From Gammaproteobacteria bacterium (GTDB lineage Bacteria; Pseudomonadota; Gammaproteobacteria; UBA4575), in NCBI GenBank assembly GCA_965242685.1, contig OZ251487.1:1617495-1681494 (forward strand): DNA of 64,000 bases, read 5' to 3'. Each line of letters begins with the position of its first letter. Position 1 is the stretch's first letter. The position numbers and the translations under genes are program-made. Positions 57,090-64,000 of this stretch are shown here, in pieces. A model generated the notes under the pieces. That model was not told where the DNA came from, ran no database searches, and saw only the letters and a program-made list of their open reading frames with translations.

Positions 57090-58625
57090 GTGAACCCTGT
57101 TGAGCTAAGCATTTTTGCCCACAAGATAGACGCCATTTGCGAGGAGATGGGCGCACAATTGCGATTGGCGGCCTTTTCCCCGAATATCAGGGACCGTCTC
57201 GATTTTTCATGCGCCGTATTCGATGCACAGGGAGGCTTGTGCGCGCAAGCCGCCCACATCCCTGTGCATTTGGGAAGCATGGCGTTTGCAATGCGAAAGA
57301 TCGTTACGGAAATCGATTGGGAAGCCGAAGATTTTGTAGTGCTGAATGATCCTTATCTAGGCGGTACCCACCTGCCGGATGTAACGGTCATCGGCCCGGT
57401 GTTTGTAAAAGACGAATTGCTGGGATTCGTTGCAAATCGCGCACATCATGCCGATATCGGGGCGACGACCCCAGGCTCAATGCCGATCTCAAGCGACCTG
57501 TCTCAAGAAGGCATCATAATTTCACCTACGCACATCGGCAGCGGGACGGAAATCGATCAGGAAAAGATTAAAAATCTGTTCAAGGGCGCCAGGAATATGC
57601 GCGATACACTGGGCGACATGGCTGCTCAGTGCAGTGCCAACAGGCTGGGAATTCAACGCTTGCAGAGATTGATCGTATCGCTGGGCAAGGAGAATTTTAT
57701 TCAGTCTTTACAAGCCCTTAATCAATATGGGGAGCGCATCGCCCGCGCGACTATTGCAAGAATTCCGAATGGTGAGTACTCATTTACGGATTACATGGAA
57801 GACGATGGCCAAGGGAATTGCGACCTGCCGATCAGTGTTCTTCTGCAAGTGAACGATAAAACCGTTGTGGTTGACTTTGCGGGCACCGCTCATCAGGTTG
57901 CCGGTAACGTCAACTGCCCCATTTCCGTTACCGCCGCCGCCGTGTTTTACGTGTTTCGTTGTCTGATGCCCGAAGAAACACCAGCCTGCGCGGGCAGTTT
58001 TTTGCCGATTGAACTGGTCGTACCCAAGGCCTCGTTGTTGCATGCGGAACGTCCCGCGGCCGTGGCCGCGGGGAACGTGGAAACCAGTTCGCGTGTTGTC
58101 GATGCGGTATTGGGTGCTTTGAGCCGGGCGCTGCCGAATGAGATTCCCGCTTGCAGCCAAGGTACCATGAACAATCTTGCCCTGGGGAGTTCTTCCGGTG
58201 AGGTATGGGCATATTATGAAACGATAGCCGGTGGCACGGGTGCTTCAAAGTGTGCACAGGGATTATCCGCAGTACAGTCCCACATGACCAATACCCAAAA
58301 CACCCCTGCGGAAGTACTGGAAATGAATTGCCCGCTTCGAGTCAAGCGTTACACCGTTCGCAAGGGCTCCGGGGGGAAGGGCAAACATGATGGCGGCGAT
58401 GGTTTGATTCGAGAACTGGAGTTTTTGGACGATGCCACCTTTACGATTTTATCTGAACGCAGGCGGCGCCCCCCTTGGGGGCTGGCAGGGGGTAGCGATG
58501 GCAAAACCGGCGCAAATCTTCTCAACGGTGAATCGCTTGCCGCCAAGGTGCAACGCCGGGCCGTCAAGGGCGACCGTTTACGCATTGAAACCCCCGGAGG
58601 GGGGGGCTGGAGCCGCCCCGTCTAA
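57090..58625 (+). CDS. Hydantoinase B / 5-oxoprolinase B family protein
   Basis: SPNIRDRLDFSCA, HIPVHLG, NDPYLGGTHLPD, HHADIG, SQGTMNN, ETPGGGG. Confidence 0.9.
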   Translation: MNPVELSIFAHKIDAICEEMGAQLRLAAFSPNIRDRLDFSCAVFDAQGGLCAQAAHIPVHLGSMAFAMRKIVTEIDWEAEDFVVLNDPYLGGTHLPDVTVIGPVFVKDELLGFVANRAHHADIGATTPGSMPISSDLSQEGIIISPTHIGSGTEIDQEKIKNLFKGARNMRDTLGDMAAQCSANRLGIQRLQRLIVSLGKENFIQSLQALNQYGERIARATIARIPNGEYSFTDYMEDDGQGNCDLPISVLLQVNDKTVVVDFAGTAHQVAGNVNCPISVTAAAVFYVFRCLMPEETPACAGSFLPIELVVPKASLLHAERPAAVAAGNVETSSRVVDAVLGALSRALPNEIPACSQGTMNNLALGSSSGEVWAYYETIAGGTGASKCAQGLSAVQSHMTNTQNTPAEVLEMNCPLRVKRYTVRKGSGGKGKHDGGDGLIRELEFLDDATFTILSERRRRPPWGLAGGSDGKTGANLLNGESLAAKVQRRAVKGDRLRIETPGGGGWSRPV

Positions 58626-58630
58626 TTACA

Positions 58631-60418
58631 ATGTGCGGCATCTGTGGGGAGTTGCGACTTGACGGCAACCCGTCTCGTCTGAAGACCATTGAGCGAATGC
58701 TCGCTTTATTGCGGCGCCGTGGGCCCGATCATGAAGGTAGCTTTTTTCTCAATGCCGTCGGTCTGGGTCATCGACGCTTGTCAATCATCGACCTGTCGGC
58801 TCACGCCAACCAGCCCATGACAGACACTAGATTAAAGCTCAGTATTGTTTTCAACGGTACGATTTACAACTATCCACAGCTACGTGAAGAGTTGCGGCGG
58901 CACGGGCATACTTTTCGTTCTACCGGCGATACCGAGGTCATACTCAAAAGCTATGCCCAATGGGGGAAATCCAGTGTTGCAAAACTGCTGGGTATGTTTG
59001 CCTTTGCAATTTGGGATGAAAATAAACAGGAGTTGTTTCTGGCACGCGACCGTTTGGGCATCAAGCCCCTTTATTACGTGCAAACCGGACAGTTTTTTCG
59101 CTTTGCCTCCACTTCACAGGCACTGCTTGCCGCGGGCGAGGTGGACACGGATATCGATATCGTCGGCTTGCATCATCACCTTACGCTGCACGCCGTTGTC
59201 CCCGCACCTGCGACCATTCTCAAGGGACTCAGGAAACTACCACCCGCACATACCCTATCGATCAAGGCCGGTGGGCGGAATGTCGCACAGCGGTATTGGC
59301 GATTACGCGCCGACAAAACCGATACGATTAAAAGTGAACGGCAATGGCAGTATGAAATTCAAACCGCTTTGCACCGGGCAATAGAAAGAAGACGGCAAAT
59401 TGCAGACGTACCGGTTGGGGTATTGTTGTCGGGCGGATTGGATTCAAGCCTGCTGGTTGGCCTGCTTGCCAGAGCAGGAGTTAAAAGCATACCGACTTAT
59501 TCCATCGGTTTTGAAGACCAACCCGAAGAACGGGGCAATGAGTTTGAATATTCCGATGCGGTAGCCGAACGATTTGCTACCGATCATCATAAATTTTATA
59601 TCGACAATGACCAGGTGCTGACGCGCTTGCCGGAAGCTGTTGACTGGATGGCCGAGCCTATGGTGGGACAAGATGCCGTCGCTTTTTACCTGTTGGCCGA
59701 GCAGGTCGGTCGGCATATTTCCGTGGTGCAGTCGGGGCAAGGCGCCGACGAGGTATTCGGCGGCTACTTTTGGTATCCGCCGATGCAGGCGGAAAAGGCA
59801 TTTTGTGTGCAAAGTTTTGCAAAACACTATTTTGATCGCGGCCACGCCGAGATGGGTACCATGATAGATAAGGCTTTTATCGGTGACGATTTTACCTCGG
59901 ACAAAATTGCGCAACTGTTGTACGAATCGGGCACGAAAGAATTCATCGATGCGGTTTTACACCTGGATGTGACCACTTTGGTCGTTGATGATCCGGTAAA
60001 GCGAGTCGATAACATGACGATGGCGCATGGTCTGGAGGCGAGGGTGCCTTTTTTGGACCATGAATTGGTCGAGTTGGCGATGCGGATGCCGGTGAAATAT
60101 AAACTTGCGGACGGCGGCAAGTATATACTGAGAAAAATAGCGCGAGGTTTATTGCCGGATAAGGTTATTGATCGTGACAAAGGCTATTTCCCCGTACCCG
60201 CCCTGAAGTACGTTCGCGGTGAGTTTTTTGAGCTTATGCGGCGGGTCTTGCACTCGGATCGTTGTCGGCAACGTGGCTTGTTTCAGCGGCACTACATTGA
60301 CAAGTTATTGCAGCACCCCGGTCGCTACATGACACCTTTGCAGGGCAGTAAGCTGTGGCATTTGGCCTTGCTGGAGTTATGGTTGCAGCGCAATGTAGAC
60401 AAGTGTTTTACCGCATAG
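58631..60418 (+). CDS. Asparagine synthase-family amidotransferase (N-acetylglutaminylglutamine amidotransferase subfamily)
   Basis: MCGICGE Ntn start, LSGGLDSS, SGQGADE, DDPVKRVDNMTMA, KGYFPVPALKY. Confidence 0.85.
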   Translation: MCGICGELRLDGNPSRLKTIERMLALLRRRGPDHEGSFFLNAVGLGHRRLSIIDLSAHANQPMTDTRLKLSIVFNGTIYNYPQLREELRRHGHTFRSTGDTEVILKSYAQWGKSSVAKLLGMFAFAIWDENKQELFLARDRLGIKPLYYVQTGQFFRFASTSQALLAAGEVDTDIDIVGLHHHLTLHAVVPAPATILKGLRKLPPAHTLSIKAGGRNVAQRYWRLRADKTDTIKSERQWQYEIQTALHRAIERRRQIADVPVGVLLSGGLDSSLLVGLLARAGVKSIPTYSIGFEDQPEERGNEFEYSDAVAERFATDHHKFYIDNDQVLTRLPEAVDWMAEPMVGQDAVAFYLLAEQVGRHISVVQSGQGADEVFGGYFWYPPMQAEKAFCVQSFAKHYFDRGHAEMGTMIDKAFIGDDFTSDKIAQLLYESGTKEFIDAVLHLDVTTLVVDDPVKRVDNMTMAHGLEARVPFLDHELVELAMRMPVKYKLADGGKYILRKIARGLLPDKVIDRDKGYFPVPALKYVRGEFFELMRRVLHSDRCRQRGLFQRHYIDKLLQHPGRYMTPLQGSKLWHLALLELWLQRNVDKCFTA

Positions 60419-60474
60419 CCCGTGTGCAGTACAATGTCGGTTGAGTGTAGCAATATTTTTAGGAAACGTTTGCA

Positions 60475-60819
60475 ATGGATATATTAGATAGAATCAAAGA
60501 ACAGGTGGAGTCCAATCCGGTAATTCTTTATATGAAAGGTACCCCGCAGATGCCGCAGTGTGGTTTTTCCAGCCGTGCGGCGGAGGCACTTAAATCCTGT
60601 GGTCGTCAGTTTGCCTATGTGAATGTATTGATGGACCCGGAAGTTTTTGAGAACCTGCCTCGTTACGCCGATTGGCCTACTTTCCCTCAGCTGTACATCG
60701 GTGGTGAGCTTGTCGGTGGATGCGACATCACCCTGGAGCTACAGGAGAAAGGCGAATTGAAAAAGATGGTGACGGATGCAGCCGAAAGTGCGGAAAAAAA
60801 CCTCGAAGGAGAGGCTTAA
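60475..60819 (+). CDS. grxD: Monothiol glutaredoxin Grx4
   Basis: MKGTPQMPQCGFS, WPTFPQL, GGCDI. Confidence 0.96.
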   Translation: MDILDRIKEQVESNPVILYMKGTPQMPQCGFSSRAAEALKSCGRQFAYVNVLMDPEVFENLPRYADWPTFPQLYIGGELVGGCDITLELQEKGELKKMVTDAAESAEKNLEGEA

Positions 60820-60867
60820 TAGTCCGCAATACATATTTGACCTTGGTGCCGTTCGTTCAGCAAGCCG

Positions 60868-61518
60868 TCACGCCAAGTCATGCTTCAAGCCGTCGTTTTG
60901 CAGTTTTTCCCATTTGTTTAGTACGCTGCAAAATATTGCGGCGGTTTTTTCGGCATCGTAGATGGCGGAATGTGCGCTGCTGCTCTCCCATTCCAGGTTG
61001 GCGGTCTCGGCAATTTTTGACAATACCGTTTGGCCATAGGCGAGTGCACCCAGGGTAACCGTGTCAAAGCTGCTGAAGGAATGAAAGGGGTTGTCTCTTA
61101 TGCCGGTGCGCACTACCGCGGCATTGATAAAACTCAAGTCAAAGAAGGCGTTATGTCCGACCAAAATTGCCCGGCTGCATTTGTTCAGCTTTACGTATTG
61201 ACGTATCGGTGAAAATATTTTGTTCAAGGCATCTTTTTCAGGCAGGGCAAACCTCAACGGATGAAAGGGATCAATTCCGTTCACTTCCAGAGAAGTGGTC
61301 TCCAGGTTTGCGCCGGCAAAGGGTTCGACGTGGGTGGATAGGGTCTTGTGACAAATAAAGTCCCCTTCTCTGTTTATGCCAATCAACACCGCGGCGATCT
61401 CCAATAGCGCATCCGTGCTCGCATTAAAGCCGCCTGTCTCGACATCGATGACCACCGGGCAAAAGCCGCGAAACCGTTTGCCAATCGGGATTAAATCTTG
61501 TTGTTTTTTAGCTTCCAC
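60868..61518 (-). CDS. rnt: Ribonuclease T
   Basis: RFRGFCPVVIDVETGG, GHNAFFD, NPFH, AHSAIYD. Confidence 0.95.
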   Translation of the reverse strand: MEAKKQQDLIPIGKRFRGFCPVVIDVETGGFNASTDALLEIAAVLIGINREGDFICHKTLSTHVEPFAGANLETTSLEVNGIDPFHPLRFALPEKDALNKIFSPIRQYVKLNKCSRAILVGHNAFFDLSFINAAVVRTGIRDNPFHSFSSFDTVTLGALAYGQTVLSKIAETANLEWESSSAHSAIYDAEKTAAIFCSVLNKWEKLQNDGLKHDLA

Positions 61519-61589
61519 GTACTTGTCATCCTGGATCTGGTTTCAGGCTATAATCCATCAAAATTGAGCTTCAACTTTTTGTTTGTATC

Positions 61590-62783
61590 ATGACATCGGT
61601 TCAAAAAATTGTACTTGCCTATTCGGGCGGCTTGGATACCTCCGTTATTCTGAAATGGTTGCAGGAAACCTATCGCTGTGAAGTCGTTACCTTCACGGCA
61701 GATATTGGTCAGGGGGAAGAACTTGAGCCCGCGCGTGAAAAAGCAAAGGACTTGGGAGTAAACGAGATCTACATCGAGGATTTGAAAGAAGAGTTTGTGA
61801 GCGAATTTGTTTACCCCATGTTTCGTGCCAATGCGGTTTATGAAGGGGAATATCTGCTGGGTACTGCCATTGCGAGGCCATTGATCGCCAGGCGCCTGGT
61901 GCAAATTGCCGAGGAAACAAAAGCGGATGCGATCTCCCACGGCGCCACGGGAAAGGGTAACGATCAGGTACGCTTCGAGTTGGGGGTGTATGCCCATAAC
62001 CCCGATATTACAATCATTGCACCCTGGCGGGAATGGCAACTTAATTCCCGCCGGAAATTGTTGGACTATGCCGAGAAAAACAACATTGCGATAGAGCAGA
62101 CGCGCGACAATCGCCCGCCGTATTCGATGGATGCGAATTTGCTCCATGTTTCTTATGAGGGCGGTCGCCTGGAAGATCCGTGGGAGGCGCCTGCCGAGGA
62201 CATGTGGAAACTCACCTGCGCCCCCGAGCGCGCCCCTGAAGTAGCGGCGCATTTGGAGATTGATTTTGAACGAGGGGACGCCGTGTGTCTGAACGGTGCG
62301 TCCCAAAGCCCGGCGCAACTATTGAGAAACTTGAACACCCTTGCCGGTGAACACGGTATAGGCAGGCAGGATATCGTGGAAAATCGCTATGTCGGTATGA
62401 AGTCACGCGGCTGTTATGAAACACCGGGGGGCACGGTGCTGCTCAAGGCGCATCGCGCCATAGAATCCATTACGCTTGATCGGGAACTCGCCCACTTGAA
62501 AGACGAGCTTATGCCGCGCTATGCGCGATTGATTTACAATGGTTACTGGTGGAGCCCCGAGCGCCTGGCGATGCAAAGATTAATTGATGCCACCCAGGTA
62601 AATGTAACCGGTACGGTTCGTCTAAAATTATATAAGGGTAACGTCGGCGTTATCGGGCGCAAATCGGAAAACAGCTTGTATAGCTCAAGTATGGCAACCT
62701 TTGAAGACGATGCGGGTATCTATAACCAACGGGATGCGGAAGGCTTTATAAAATTGAATGCCTTACGTATGCGAATGCGTTAG
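61590..62783 (+). CDS. argG: Argininosuccinate synthase
   Basis: [34 protein letters not shown]. Confidence 0.98.
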   Translation: MTSVQKIVLAYSGGLDTSVILKWLQETYRCEVVTFTADIGQGEELEPAREKAKDLGVNEIYIEDLKEEFVSEFVYPMFRANAVYEGEYLLGTAIARPLIARRLVQIAEETKADAISHGATGKGNDQVRFELGVYAHNPDITIIAPWREWQLNSRRKLLDYAEKNNIAIEQTRDNRPPYSMDANLLHVSYEGGRLEDPWEAPAEDMWKLTCAPERAPEVAAHLEIDFERGDAVCLNGASQSPAQLLRNLNTLAGEHGIGRQDIVENRYVGMKSRGCYETPGGTVLLKAHRAIESITLDRELAHLKDELMPRYARLIYNGYWWSPERLAMQRLIDATQVNVTGTVRLKLYKGNVGVIGRKSENSLYSSSMATFEDDAGIYNQRDAEGFIKLNALRMRMR

Positions 62784-62821
62784 GATCGCCTCAGTCAAAA
62801 GGTTGAATAAGGATAAGGTAC

Positions 62822-63583
62822 ATGCGCGGATTTCTCACGATACGAAAGCACCCCGTTCCTCGATATGTCTTTTTTCTGGTGCTGGTAAGCAGTGTGGTGG
62901 CCAGTGGTTGTACAAGCACTCAACAACTGTCAGATAGCCCCAGGGATCCATGGGAAGGGTTCAACCGAGGCATCTACGGATTTAACGATACCTTGGACCA
63001 AGCCTTTCTCACCCCTGCCGCTACGGGGTATCGCGCCGTGGCGCCTGAATTTGTCGAAACGGGCATAAGTAATTTCTTTGCAAACCTTGATGACGTGAAC
63101 GTTGCATTCAATAACGCCTTACAACTCAAGTTCCCTAACGCGGCCTCTGACGTAGGGCGAGTTATCGTTAATTCCACGGCGGGAGTGTTGGGATTCTTTG
63201 ACGTGGCCAGTCACATGGGACTGCAAAAACATGATGAAGATTTTGGCCAGACGCTCGGTTATTGGGGGGTAGGCAGCGGTCCCTACTTAATGTTGCCGTT
63301 TTTTGGTCCCAGTAGTTTGCGCGATGCCCCCGCTAAAGGCGTGGATATGTTACTGTCGCCAGAGCGGACGGATATTAAAACCGCGGAGCGTAACGCCTTG
63401 TTCGCGCTACAAACCATCAGCAAACGTGCCGAATTGATGCAGCTCGAGGAAAAAGCCGAGGAGATCATTCATGACCGTTATATATTTATTCGGGACATAT
63501 ATATGGATCGTCGTGAATTTTTAGTCAAAGATGGCGAAGATATAATGGATGATGACTTCTATAAGGAATCCGAAAGTGAATAA
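62822..63583 (+). CDS. mlaA: MlaA/VacJ family lipoprotein
   Basis: Lipobox ASGC, DPWEGFNR, EDFGQTLGYWG, GPYLMLPFFGPS. Confidence 0.93.
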   Translation: MRGFLTIRKHPVPRYVFFLVLVSSVVASGCTSTQQLSDSPRDPWEGFNRGIYGFNDTLDQAFLTPAATGYRAVAPEFVETGISNFFANLDDVNVAFNNALQLKFPNAASDVGRVIVNSTAGVLGFFDVASHMGLQKHDEDFGQTLGYWGVGSGPYLMLPFFGPSSLRDAPAKGVDMLLSPERTDIKTAERNALFALQTISKRAELMQLEEKAEEIIHDRYIFIRDIYMDRREFLVKDGEDIMDDDFYKESESE

Positions 63584-63633
63584 GCCATCGGATTTTATAA
63601 AGGGCAAGAGACACATAACGCACTACCAAGCTT

Positions 63634-64000
63634 GTGGGCAGATGTATCGTCTGCAATAAATTTGCAGGTCCGTTCTATTCTTTACACAAAACCTGTTACC
63701 AAACGTATCAGGGCACGCGTGAAAATATACGCCGGCTATTTTCCGAATCAATCGAAGCCGCCACGGAAGCCGGAGAATTCGTCAACGCGCTAAAAAGTTG
63801 TCGTCCGGCAACCTCATTTTCACTTTCCCAGTTTGAGAGTTTGATAACCCGCACATGGCAGGAGCAGGCTGTCAGCGTGGCAAAAAGCAAGTCGCTTGAT
63901 GACAGGAAAGCGAATTACTTGCTTGAAGTTGTCCCGGCTTTAGGGATCAAAGATAAAGATATAGAACCCTATTTGCTTCAAAGGCTCGCCAATATCCGGC
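63634..64000 (+). CDS. Hypothetical protein with N-terminal CxxC...HxxC (partial, runs off the window; not in the ORF track)
   Basis: Manual translation from GTG 63634, MGRCIVCNKFAGPFYSLHKTCYQ..., open to the window end. Confidence 0.65.
   Translation, partial: MGRCIVCNKFAGPFYSLHKTCYQTYQGTRENIRRLFSESIEAATEAGEFVNALKSCRPATSFSLSQFESLITRTWQEQAVSVAKSKSLDDRKANYLLEVVPALGIKDKDIEPYLLQRLANIR

Overview
This window is the chromosomal origin region of a gammaproteobacterium. The housekeeping backbone runs ftsX-rpoH (with a CIRCE operator), ctaA, purD-purH-fis, pyrE, xth-ampG, xth-gyrB-dnaN-dnaA, rpmH-rnpA-yidD-yidC-mnmE-mnmG-rsmG-parAB, the atp operon, glmU-glmS, oxyR, tRNA-Thr, a Fur-family gene, thiO, tRNA-Gly, thiS, argF-argD, grxD, rnt, argG and mlaA. 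recF is missing from the dnaA cluster, and two perfect parS sites lie in the AT-rich block around gyrB. Two accessory regions interrupt the backbone. The first is an AT-rich islet directly after glmS with an SMR transporter, a Zorya type II-like anti-phage operon (ZorA, ZorB, HNH nuclease) and a lipoprotein. The second, and the best candidate for an undescribed system, is an ~11 kb tandem array of five membrane glycosyltransferase-like (GT-C) genes between thiS and argF. All five share an unnamed Cys-containing C-terminal domain. Copies 1 and 2 carry 5' poly-C tracts (C18 out of frame, C20 in frame), copies 1-4 are sequence mosaics of each other, copy 5 is a frameshifted chimera, and a G-quadruplex-like motif sits at the array end. 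Together this suggests a phase-variable, recombination-diversified surface-glycosylation locus. All calls come from reading the sequence and ORF translations; no database searches were run.
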